NCBI GenBank assembly: GCA_029717555.1
Contig: JAMDHS010000107.1
Location: 1-64,000, forward strand
Direction: 5' to 3'
DNA length: 64,000 nt
Source of the DNA: Peribolospora baueri
Taxonomy: Eukaryota
Part shown: positions 37,994 through 50,172 of the stretch, in pieces
Layout of the letters: the number at the start of each line of letters is the position of its first letter
Position numbering within the stretch: the first letter of the stretch is position 1
Notes under the pieces: model-generated
Database searches by the model: none
Told to the model about the DNA's origin: nothing
What the model saw: only the letters and a program-made list of their open reading frames with translations
Program-made: the position numbers and the translations under genes

Positions 37994-40644
37994 ATGGCCC
38001 TCGTCGATCGCGTCCTCGAGCTCTTGCCCGACTCTCCCCTGGCCAGCGTCGCTCTCATCCTCACAGCCGCTCTGGTGAGCCCCCCTCCTGTCGGCACGAG
38101 TGATGGTACGGCCGCTCGCTCACGCCCCTCTCCACCCCCACCCCTTTCCACAGCTCGGCTTCTACCTTATCCCTTACTTCGCCGACCCACACGGCCTCCG
38201 CAGGTACCCAGCCCCCTTCCCCGCCGCCTACACCAACCTCTGGCTTGCCTACCAGGCTCGCAATGGCAGGAGGTATGAGGCCGTACACGAGGCGCATCGC
38301 AAATACGGCAAATGGGTCCGCATCGCGCCCAATCACCTCAGCGTCGCTGACCCGGATGCGATTCAGCCTGTCCTCGGAGTGAGTGTGAGAGAGGGAGAGG
38401 CGGTCATTCCGTCGGCGACTCGGCGTGCTCATGGTCCGGACCCCCTTGACATGCTCGTTGCTCTCCCGTTCCGCGCATTTCTGCCACACAGCACGGTCAA
38501 GGCACGCTGAAACCCGACTTCTACGATGCCTTCGTGAGCATCGCACGCGGGCTCTTCAACACCAGGGACAGGGCGGTGAGTGCGCTTAGGGCGGCGCGTC
38601 GTCCCACTCCCATTCGTCCATTCAACTCTCCCTTTTTTTTCTCCCTCCCACAGGACCACACCCGCAAGCGCCGCATCGTGTCCGCCACCTTTGCGCCCAA
38701 GTCCATCACCGCGTTCGAGCCTTACATTGCCGACTGTGTCCAGCGCCTCCTCGTCCGCTGGGATGAAATGTGCGCCACCGGGGCTGGGTCGGACGGCAGC
38801 GGGATGAAGAACGGAAAGGAGTGGAAGTGGTTCGATTGCCTCGAGCCGTTCAACTGGCTTGCTTTTGATATCATCGGCGGTGCGTAAGCCTTTGTCCGAG
38901 CCGTCGATAGATACCCTCGGCGGATGATCAGATCGATGTGAGGCTATGCTCACACCGCCCTACCGCTCGCGTCTCTTGGACGCCGATGCGACGCCGATAC
39001 TCCTTTTCAGATCTTGCCTTTGGATCTCCCTTCGGAATGATCGAAGCTGGCGCAGACGTGGCCAGGATAGTTCATCCCGAAGACGGAAGAACCGAGTACC
39101 TGCCGGCTGTCCAGGCGAGTATATGTGTTGCGTTTCGTTAGCAGCTCAGCACAGCTCACGTCCGGCGCAAGCCCCGCTCCTTTCGTTGGCCCCCATCCTC
39201 AGATTCTCAACGAGCGCGGCGAGTATTCGGCAACTCAAGGCGTGTTGCCCCCCTACATTCGTCCCTACACTAGGTTTATCGACCCTTGGTTCGGTCGCGG
39301 TCTCACTTCGGTCAAGCGCCTGGCCGGCATCGCGGTGGCGCGTGTCAACGACCGATTTGAGAACAACAGTGGGAGTGACAGAGAGGATCTGTTGGCCAAG
39401 CTCAGCAATGGCAAGGACGAGAATGGAGAGCCGATGGGAAGGGAAGAGCTCACCGCCGAGGCCTTGACGCAATTGGTGAGCCAGGCTCGCTGACCTGGCT
39501 AGGACACATGAGGACTCACCGACTCCGCGCTTGGTTGTTTCCCCCCTCCGGTTTGGCTCGTCCAGATCGCCGGCTCAGACACGACCTCGAACAGCTCGTG
39601 CGCCATCACCTACCACGTCGTAAACAACCCGTCCGTGCACGCCCGGCTCGTGAAAGAGCTCGACGACAATTTGGACGAGGAGAAGCTCAAGGAACATGAT
39701 GGCGTCGCAATGTTTGACATGGTACGTTCGTTGCTTTCCTTCCCTCTGTTTCCGCCGCTTCCACTGGGGCGATGCCAAGGTCGCAGTCGATCTTGACCCT
39801 TCCTTTGCTATCCGACATTCCCTCGCCGCGCAGGTGAAGAACCTTCCTTACCTTCGCGCATGCATCGACGAGGCGCTCCGCATACACTCTACTTCCGCCC
39901 TCGGCCTGCCGCGCGAGGTGCCCGACGGCGGGATGGCAGTGTGCGGGGAATGGTTTAATGAAGGAGTGAGTTTCCGAGCGTGACGGCCTACATGCGGCAC
40001 CTAGCCATGAAGGCGACAAGATCGAGCTTTTGACCCTCATGCGTGCACCGCAGACCGTCCTTTCCTGCCCGACCTACACGATCCACCACCTCGGCACCGT
40101 TTGGGGTGACCCCGAGGCCTTCCGTCCCGAGCGCTGGCTGAAGGCCGAGAAGGATCCGGTGCAGCACGAGAAGATCAGCAAAGCGTTCATGCCCTTCTCC
40201 TTTGGGCCTCGCTCTTGCGTTGGCAGGAACGTGGTGCGTTCCTTACCATTTGGAACAATTAAGACTCGACTCGACCTAGCTCGGCCGGGATCTCTTATTC
40301 ATCTCCATTTTTCTTCATCACCCTTCCGTTTGGCCTCGTCTATTGCGGGCACGTCTCTGCCAGGCGGAGATGGAACTGCTCATGTTCATCGCTACCCTGT
40401 TCAAGCGCTACAACTTTGTGCTCAAGGAGGACGGCCAGCAGCTGGCCACGAGCGAGGGTTTCCTCAGGAAGGTAGGTATCACGCGGGAGACGTTTGCGCC
40501 GTACGGGGCCCGAAGCGAACTGGGCGTTTGTTTGCTGAGAAATCCGACTGCTTTCTCCACCTTATCTTGCCGTCGCCACCGCCATCTCAGCCCCTCGCTT
40601 GTCACATTGGCATTCGTCGTCGCGAAAAGGGGGAGAAGGTCTGA
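37994..40644 (+). CDS. Cytochrome P450, CYP53 family (benzoate 4-hydroxylase-like)
   Basis: GLFNTRDR..HTRKRRIVS, AEALTQL|IAGSDTTSNS, EALR (ExxR), PERW, heme motif FSFGPRSCVG, EGFLRK; ~10 introns. Confidence 0.9.
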
Positions 40645-41112
40645 TCGAAGCAAGCGTGAGATTTTGGGGGACCTCGCCCTCCCTTCCTGCCGACCGCCGT
40701 CCCTTGTCGCGGTCTGACGTGCGGCACGAGTGTTTCCGAGCCCTAGTGAATTGCTCTTTTGAAGTACTCACTCAGGCTTGCGTTGCAGAGTATGTACTTG
40801 TCCGCGCGTGTATTGTGTATTTTGGATGTGTGTGCGTACATTGTGCCGTCGCACGATGACGAGGAATTGACGAGGAATCGATTCGTCTCGGTCCTGGAGG
40901 AGTTTGCTCGATCGGCACGTGACGTGACGCGATCGCGCGTCGAAACTCGCTCAACGTCGAGACGGGAAGGGACGGACGACGGAGGGCCAACACCTTCCTT
41001 GACCTTCATCGTCTTTTTTCCAACCCAAACACCCCTCCTTGTTCTGTTGTCATATTTGCTTTGCTCATTTACCCTTCACTTAATAGTTTTTGCTCCGATA
41101 AAAATAGGAAAA

Positions 41113-43140
41113 ATGCCCACATCGCCCGTAAAAGCCCGCAGGGGCGGCACCCCGCCCTCGTCGCCTTCTAACCTCCCGCTCGGCAACCTCTCCCTCAACA
41201 CCGCCTCACCCAACGTGTCCGTGTCCGCCGCCGGCTTGAAGGGGAGAGCGGTGGGTAAGGGGAAGGATGCGGTGTCGACGAGCCCTGTCAAGGTGATGTC
41301 GGCGGCGGCGGCGAGGAAGGACAAGATGGACGTCGTGAGCAAGGACTGGCCGGGCGCGACGGCGGGGGAACTCAAGAAGAAGAAGTCCAAGCCGAATTTG
41401 CAGGTGAGCGCGGTGGAGGGGCGAGGTTCGGTGCTGCTTTGATGGTCGGTAGCTGTGATGTGGTTTGGAGGGATGACGTGCGTATGGGGTGAGGACGAGC
41501 GGGCGCGGTGTGTCTGTCAAGGGTCGGGGCCTCCTTCCGGATCGCTGAGATGGCCCTTCCTTCTCTGTTGGCTGGTCGGCACCGACGGCAGTATGGAGAC
41601 CGGTTTATTCCCAACCGGGACAGCTCTAGCGATGGTCCGGTCGCCTCGGCGGCAGAAGGCAGTCACGCCTTTAGCCGGTCATCGTCCAACTCGTCAGCGG
41701 CGCCGTCGTCGGCGCAAGATGCGGCGTACGGCGAAGAGATTGCTGAGGCGTGCGGCATGGCCACCGAGGGCCGTCGCATCCTCGCCTTCAACGCCGAACC
41801 GCCAGAGTCGACAAACCTGGACGTCCGCTCCCGTTACGCCGCGGCCAAGCCCCGTGCCAACCTGTCGTCCCTCAATTCGGCTTCTCGCAGGCGCATCCCT
41901 TCTCAGCCGGAGCGCGTGCTCGACGCACCCGGTCTTCTGGACGATTACTACCTCAACCTCCTCGATTGGTCGTCCACCAATCAGCTCGCCATTGGCCTCG
42001 AGACGTCTGTGTACGTCTGGAACGCCGACACGGGTGACGTGGGACAATTGTGCGACGTGTCCAACCTGGGCGAGGAGGCGTACGTGAGCAGCCTCAAGTG
42101 GACCGTCGACGGCTCCTACCTCGCCCTCGGTCTTCCCAACGGCGACATCCAGATCTACGACGCCGAGACGAGCACGCTGGTGCGCACCATGCGCGGCCAC
42201 CAAGGCAGGGTGGCCGTGCTGGCGTGGGACCACGAGCACCTGCTCAGCTCGGGCTGCGCCGACGGTAACATCCACCACCACGACGTTCGCGCCGCCAGCC
42301 ACCTCACTCAAGAGCTCCATGGACATGCCAGCGAGGTGTGCGGGCTCGAGTGGAGGAGAGACGGTGCGCTGCTTGCGAGCGGCGGGAACGACAATGTGGT
42401 GAACGTGTGGGACAGAAGGACGAGCACGCCCAAAATCAGCAAGAGCAATCACACGGCCGCCGTGCGGGTGAGTGGGCCGCACGGGATGAGAAGCTCCCGG
42501 CCCCGTCAGTCGGACCAACGATGTTGCTGGTTCAGGCTGACCAAAGCTTCTGCCCCGCGCCCCATTCCCATTTCTTCAGGCCCTCGCCTGGTGTCCTTGG
42601 CAGTCCCACCTGCTGGCCACGGGCGGCGGCACGTCGGACAAGAAGATCCACTTCTGGAACACCACCACTGGCTCGAGGCTCAACTCGATCGATGCCGGCT
42701 CGCAGGTGACGAGTATCCGATGGAGCACCGAGTACAAGGAGCTTGTTAGCGCCCATGGCTTCCCAAACAACCAGATCGTCGTCTGGGGGTGAGTCGAGTC
42801 GAGTCGAACCGAATCGAGTTTAGCCGAGTCCAGTCTCCTCTCTTCCGTCTGGCTCACGTCGAAAACGATGCCTCCCTTTCCATCTCCATTGCACTCTCCT
42901 CCTCTAACCTACACCAGCTACCCCTCCCTGGCAAAGCTCATCGACATTCCCGCCCACGACACGCGCGTCCTCCACACCTCCCTCTCCCCAGACGGGCAAA
43001 CGCTCGCGACAGCCGCGGCGGACGAGAACCTAAAGTTTTGGCGGCTCTTTGAGAGTCGCTTGACCAAATCGGCCAAGGGCGGCAGCGGCGATCAGGCCAA
43101 GCGGGACGAAGGGTTCAGGCACGGCGGTCGGATTCGTTGA
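41113..43140 (+). CDS. CDC20: APC/C activator Cdc20/Slp1 (WD40)
   Basis: C-box DRFIPNR, RILAF (MIM/KILR-like), PERVLDAPGLLDDYYLNLLDWS, WD repeats, C-terminal IR tail. Confidence 0.92.
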
Positions 43141-43504
43141 AGCGCCCCGCTGGGCTTGGCAGGCCGGGCGCCGGTCGCCTCGCTGCGACGGGGGGAAGCC
43201 GCGGGCAGAGCGCGGGATGGGGAGAGGCGAGGCGATGCGGGACGTTCTGCAGACGCTCATTTTCTTTACTCCTCGCTGTGCTCTTGATACCCTCTTTCTT
43301 GAACCACATAATCTAGCGAATGCAATGGAGCGGGCGTTGTATGTATGTATGAAATCAGACCCCCGGTCCCTTCTCGTTTTCAAACGTCGCCACCAGTGAT
43401 GCCTCTGGCTGTTGCGGAGTACAGGGTTGCCAAGATGCCGTGCTTGGCACGCTCCCATCGGCCTCTTCAACAAGAACAACTGTCCAGGGATTGGCTGTCC
43501 CGAG

Positions 43505-43539
43505 GATATCGATCGATCGATCGATCGATCGATCTGATC
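43505..43539. repeat. (GATC)n self-complementary microsatellite
   Basis: gatatcgatcgatcgatcgatcgatcgatctgatc between the convergent CDC20 and SET1 3' ends. Confidence 0.8.
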
Positions 43540-43726
43540 AATGCACACCTACTGATAAGTGATAAGCAATGCATCGAGCCGACGCGGCCAGTGTGGACGG
43601 GGAAGGGGAAGAATGGCATGAGACGGATCGCGTCGATGGCACGGGTAGAAATGGACCTTGCCCATGGCGAGGCCAGAGCGCGAACAGATGGGCGGAGCGG
43701 ACACAGGGCGGCACGTGCAACTCGGC

Positions 43727-46700
43727 TCAGTTGAGCGTCCCTCGGCAGCCAGCCGAACCGCACAAGCAGGGCACCTTCTCCTCCTCCGAGGGGAACTTGT
43801 AGTCGTACGTGATCTCCTCGCCCGGCATGATGGGCTTTGAGCCGGCGTAGATGACGATCTAGCAAGCCGTTGGAATATGGGGACATGTATGTCAGCGTTT
43901 CGAAGCCTGCGCAATTGAATAATCGGACGAGAAGGACGGCCTGCATACCTTCTTCTGACCGTTAATTGTAATGATCTTTGCCGTGCAGTTAGGGGTGCAG
44001 CAATGGTTGATGAGACGGCTGTAGAAAGAAAAAGACGGTGACGAGGAACAAAAGAAGTATCGGCATCAGAAAGACATGATAGGTCGATATGAACACTTGT
44101 TCGGGACCTCTCACCCAAGGTTGCCTTTCAGCGTAGCATCGACGACGGTATCGTCGTCGACGCGGAAGAGGTAACTGCTTCCGATACCCTGTCGCTCGTA
44201 CTGCTTCTCCCTCTGATCAGCCACCTGCTGCCGAATGAGTTCGCCCACGTACTCGATCACCATATCGTGAGCGGGGATGAGCTCCATCGCATACAAGCCC
44301 CAATCGTGAATGGCCGACTTGGCAAACTTTAGTTGTTTCTTGCGCGTGCGGAGTTGATTAAACTTGAGAATGTCCGTGTCTGTCGCCATCTCTTTTCGGT
44401 GCTGTTCGATGCCCTGCAAGAGTTTCCTCGATTCGGCTCGGTTCATCCTAGACGTTGCCAAGCCGGAAATGGCGCTGGTGTCGACGATGGCCGTGTTTCG
44501 CTGAGGCAGGTAATTGGACTTGACCGAAGAAGCAATCTTGTAGTAGCCCTCAGTGCGCGATGAGCCACTAGCGTTCGGAGGCAAGCCTTCTTCCTTTAGC
44601 TCTTCGATCGGAGGCTCCGTGGCTACGTCAAGCGAGGCCACGGTGCCATCGCGCATCTTCTCGAGGGCGCGACGAGCAAAGTATAGGTCCTCGTCGTCTT
44701 CGGCAATGCCTAGCTCGAACGGATCGGGAGAAGGGCTCCGCGCACGCGGCTGTTTGGCCAATTTCGCCTTCTTCGCCGGCACCGGCTTGGCCGGGCGTGG
44801 CATCAACGAGCCGTCGATATCTTCGCCGGTGGGCGAGGGCAAAGCGATGACGCCGTCGGCATCCATGATGACCACCTTCTTTTGCGGCTTGCGCGCCTTG
44901 TTCTGCTCCTTCTTGCCCTTCTTCGTCGCATCCTTCTTGCCAGCCTTGGCCGGTCCCTCGCCTTCCTCCAACATCCGCCCTTGAGTTGTCCGCTTCGACG
45001 TCTGATCTTCCGTTTCGCTCTCGCTGCTCGTAAAGTCGATCTCTTTCCTCAGCCGACCAGCATCGCGACGGCGCCCCCGCCCCGCCACCGCCAAAGCCTC
45101 CAAATCGTCTTCGCTCTCGTCCGACTCGGCAAGCGCCCGTTTGTGGGCCCGACGTGCGCGATCGTCCTCCTCCGAGGCGGGCTTGGCGGCAACAACACGG
45201 CGACCCTTCTTCCTTGGCCTTCTTTCGTCCTCTGAAACATCCTCCAGCGTGCCTTTCCTGAATCGTTTGGAATGCGAAGAAGCGGCAGAATCGGGAAGGG
45301 GCGACGAGCGATCTAAAGCTTCGGATGAAGCGCGCGAGCCGGACGCATCCACGCTGAGGGGCGTGTCGGGGGCGGCAGGTCTGGACGGCTCTTGCTTGTG
45401 AGCTCTCACGGCGCCGGCCTTCTTCTTGATCGAAGGTAGCTTGAAGATGTCAGGTTTGGACTTGGACATGGGCTGTCGCTTGCTGTCCAGCTCGTCCACG
45501 ACCAAGCCGCCCTCCTGCTTGACGGCGACCACCTCGGACTCAGATCTTCGCCTTGTGCGCGCGCGTTTTTCGGCACCGGAGAGGAAGCGCCGGACAAAGT
45601 CGGCGACGACACGGTTGTGGAGGTCTCGCTGGACGACGTCTGTAAGCTCCTTCATCAACAAGTCCGTCGCTTCTGCTTCCACCTCCTCCGACGTCCAGCT
45701 CGTCTTCTTCTCTGGTGCGGACGCCAGAGCCGCCAGAGAGATTGCTTTGGCCACGTCTGCGCCGATATCGAGACGGCCTGACGACAGCGCCTGTGAGGAC
45801 TGGGTCGCGGCGGCCTGCGAGGGGCCGGCGGGCTTCGGGATAACCAACTTGACGTCCAGCGACTGGCCAAAAAGCTTCGTCTTTACCATGTCTGCACGGC
45901 ACTCGAGCGCCGTCGAAACGTCGCCAAAGGGGATGTACCAGCCCGCGCCGTTGCAGTTTTGCTCGATTGCGTGGATGGCGATCGGTTCGAACCGGCGGAT
46001 GTTCAGATCCAGGGCCCGGTTGAAGAGAGCTTGGTCGATACGCATGAACGGTCCCATGGCGATGTAGACGTAGGGCAGGTTCAGTTGGCGCAGGTGCTCC
46101 ATGACCTCTTTGGCCTCGGCATGACTTGGTAGTGACGAGCCCGTCGCCGTCGCGGGCGGCTGTCCCGACTTGGGCGCCCGTCCGCGAGCGCCGCGCCTCG
46201 TGAACACCTCCGTGCTACGATTCAGACCGACATGATCAACCTCATCATCGGAATCAATGTCCATGTCGTCTTCGCCGCGAGACCTTCCAGCCGGGGTGGC
46301 CACGGGCGACGAGGAGATTGGCGAAGGGGCGACATACGCCGAAGCTCCATACGGCATAGAGGACGAGACGTGGGGCGCGCGGAAGCCGACCTGTCGAGGC
46401 AAGGTCGATGAGCCAGGCCGACCTGGATAAACCTGGGAACGGTGATGCAAGGCGCGCATTGGATCATTGGGCGTTGACTCGGGTGTGCTGGAATGCGGAT
46501 GTGGATCGGGCTTGGGCTTGGGATGCAGCCTCGCCATCTCCATTTCCACTGCCTTTTTGCATTTGACGCCCTCACCATCAAGCTCAACCTTGACGGGCTC
46601 CGTGCCTGTGCCAATCTTGGTGCCATTGATCTTTTTCAGCGCCGCTTTGGCTACCTGATGCGCGTCTTGTCGTGGTCCTGCTGCTGAAGAAGACAGAGAA

Positions 46701-48378
46701 GTGGTCTTGCCTCTCGAGCCGGTTGAAGAAGGCACATCGTGGACAAACTTGACCCAGGCGATGCCGAGACTTCCTCCAGTGAGAGGGTCGTATTTGAGCT
46801 CGGACTCTTCGATGCGGCCTAGGGCCTTGAGAGGGCGAAGGACGTGGTCGAGGAGCGTGAGGGTCGAGAGGCGGGTGATGAGAATGGCTCGTGCCGGTGG
46901 AGGGAAGGGAGAGTTGGCGTCCCACTGCAAAATCGAACGAGGAACGACAGGGCAAGCGGCGCGTAAGCAAAACTTCCTTGCCGAACTTCCTTGCCGAGTT
47001 CACCGGACGGTGACGACGACGGACTCACTTTGTAATCAAACTTTTCCAGCATCGGCCTCCACTTTTTCCTTCCCCTCGACAACGTCTTCCCATAGTTCGG
47101 CGTGACCTTCCTCGGGTCTGGAACTACAGCCCTCTGCTGCCCTTCCTCTGGGTCCTTACCCCACACGATCACCCGCTTCTTGCCCTCGTTTCCCGGCGAA
47201 AGCGCCGGCTCGAGCGTGACACGGAAATTGTGTTTCTGCGACAACTCTGTCGGAAGAGGAACGGGAGGCGGAAGCGATGAGGGTGCAGTAGTGCTGGCGG
47301 GTCCGGTGGCCATATCCTGGGAGTCAGGAGGCGGAGGAGGCGGAGGAGGCGGGGCCTCATCCGGAGGTGGTGGTGGCGGTGGAAGAGGTTCCGACGGAGG
47401 CGGAGGAGGTGGGGCCTCGTCCGGGGGAGGAGGCGGAAGGGGCTCCGATGGTGGGGGAGGATGCTTGTCGGAGGACCGCTTTGGAGCCTGTTCGTCGTCG
47501 GACCGCCTAGCATGATCGAGATCCTTCAGCAAGGCCCTTGGAGCCATCGGCACACGCCCTCTGATGATCGGTGACCTTGCTGGGCGTGGAGGCGGCGACG
47601 GAGGCTCCCTTGGCCTGCTGGTGCTGGAGGCGGAAGGCGACCTGCGGCTGACATCTGCAAAACGCTTGGACGAAGACGCCTGTGGCGGCGGACTCGTCCT
47701 CGCGTCCGCTTTTGTTGCTCGCGAGCGCGATCGCGGTCGATACCCGTCCGGCGTCCCATCCCTGTACGATGATTCCCTACCTCTTCCTCGCTCTGCGTCC
47801 TTGGCCGGCGTCCCATCCCTGTACAGCTCCCTTGCTCGTCCTCTGTCTGCACCCTCCCTTCCTCGCCTCCGTTCATCTCTATATCTCCTATCATCGTCGA
47901 CGTCTCTTCTCCGGGAGTAGCTGCTTCGGTCCAGGTCGTCGTCCCTATCCCGATCCCACTCCCAGCTCCGGTCCCGATCCCACCTATCTCTACCGTCCCT
48001 CCGTCTTGGAGGAGGAGACGGCGACCTTCTCCAATCGTCGTAATTCTCGATGGCCCAGTGCGGTAGTCGGCTCCTTGAAGACCGGCTGTCGCGGTGAGGC
48101 GAAGGAGAACGTGCGCGGCTCGGCGGCAGCGGGATGGGCGGGCGGTGCGGGAGCAGGTCCGGTCTCGATCTGGTCCGCTCCCGTCCTGGAGAGCGCAACT
48201 TGGGAAGGGGAGAGGCACGGGAGCTCGATGGAGTTGGATCGGTGGAGACAATGGACAAGGGCCGGTGTGGGCGAGACTCGGGCGGCGACGCGCCAAGAGG
48301 TTTAGCGGGCAGGGAAGGTGGCGGGGGAGGCAGACTGCTGCCTTGAGCGCCCGGCTTAGGCGTCAATGCTGGTGCCAT
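43727..48378 (-). CDS. SET1: Histone H3K4 methyltransferase Set1
   Basis: RRM-like region, n-SET ([38 protein letters not shown]), SET ([21 protein letters not shown]), post-[16 protein letters not shown]. Confidence 0.95.
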
Positions 48379-50172
48379 TGAGCCGAAGGAGGGCGACGGC
48401 GCGGAAGGCTGGGAGGGATGAAGAGAGGCGAGGAGGAGAAAGTGGAGATGCCGGGGCGCTCAGAGGAGGGAGAGGGCGCAGGAAAATGAAAAGCGGAGCA
48501 TGAGGTGGTAATGAGACACGAAGGGGGCGATGGTCGCTGGCGGGGCACGGAGGGTGGGGCAAGAAAGGAGCGGGGTGGATGTGATGGAAAGGAGAGGAGA
48601 TGGAGACGGTGGTGGTGGTGGCTCTGGGTGGAGTCGGTGGTGGTGAGGTGGAAGGACGAGCGCGTAGATGGCGCAGACGAGAGAGACGCGCAAAGGGGGA
48701 ACGAAGGAAAGCAAAGGGCTTTCTTTCGGCGCCCACGATCGACGACGGCCTCGTCTTAAGTCTCTTTTCTCCACCACCACTCCGTTCGGCGACGACGATG
48801 GCGATGACCACGAGCGAGACGCTGACTGGCGTTCTTTCTTGCCCCCATTCACCGTCGTCGCCTCCTTCTCGCCCTCCGCGTTCCATCCAAAGTTTCGCTT
48901 CGGATGAAAGAAGAACACGCAACGCAAACGCCGGTCCAGCGCAGCTCAAACGCACTCGAGACTCCCTCGCCGGCTCACAGCCGTGGCCCAAGATAGATCG
49001 CCACCCACTGGAGCCCTACTGAGCTGATGGATTCGCCCATGTACAAACTCACCCGGGCCGCCTCACTACACCTGGGTGAACGACCATCCGGTACCAGGTC
49101 CTCCGCATGCTTGATGGCCATTTGGATGTCAAAGGCGTGCCATACGCTTCTAACCGGCTCAGAGCACCCTTGGACATTCGCACAGGGGACCACCTCATCC
49201 CAAAACAGAGCACAAACTATGAAAAGACGGACCGAACCGCGTCGTCCTTACAGGTTGCTCTACGTTTCGCCTGGAGCTTAGAAATGTGTGAGGTGGAGCT
49301 TTGGACTAGCAGCAGTGCCTTTAAAGCTTGTCTCCGTCTCTCGACCGATATACACCAACCTCCTTGTGAGCGGCCAGTCTTCATGGAGCTTTAGACGGAC
49401 GTGATGGACGATGAGAACGTCGTAGGATACGATGTCCGTCGCCCGACAGGGCAAGCACCAAAGAGGCTGCGGCAGACTGGCCCGCCGCAGTCGATGTGGC
49501 AGACCGGACAGGCGCACAAGAAAAGGTCCATCTCCTCTCCTCTGCTCTTCTTGTCATTGCCGAAACGACGCTCGTCGACCTCGTTCGATCAACGGCCGTA
49601 AACGATGGTAAATTCGAAACGGCTCTCGGCCTTCGATCCCGGCGCCACGTCTGCAAGCCGTGCGAGCGGGTCGCCCGTCGAGCGGACCATGTTCTGTCCG
49701 CGATACGCTAACGAGTCCGGGGAGATTCTATTTCATCTCACGCCAGCCACCTTATTAGACACCGGCAGTCGTGTTCGTGTTACACGCTCTATCTAGCTCG
49801 CAGCTCCGATGGAGGCGATAGCCGGAAAGCAGCCTATACGTCTTTGGCAGGCATCGGCACGACACTGGCTCATGCTCGCCCGTTCGGTAGCGGACGTGCT
49901 TGCGGAGGGCATGCCTTTGTCGCCCTGTGCGATCACCTGCGTTCTGTGATATTTACCTCCACCACCTCCTTCCTCCCTCCCAGTACCTACACCCTACCTG
50001 GAACGCTCTCCGGCGTTCCTTCACGAGGTGATCATCTCTCTCTTCCCTGCTTCAGACCTGCTTGCTTTCATCGGGCGGCCTAAATGGCCGCTCGTCCCCG
50101 CTGAACGGCCCACTTCCTTGCCTCCCACCTCGCCTTTGATTCCCATCTCGCTTTCTTCGACGGCCACGCAAG

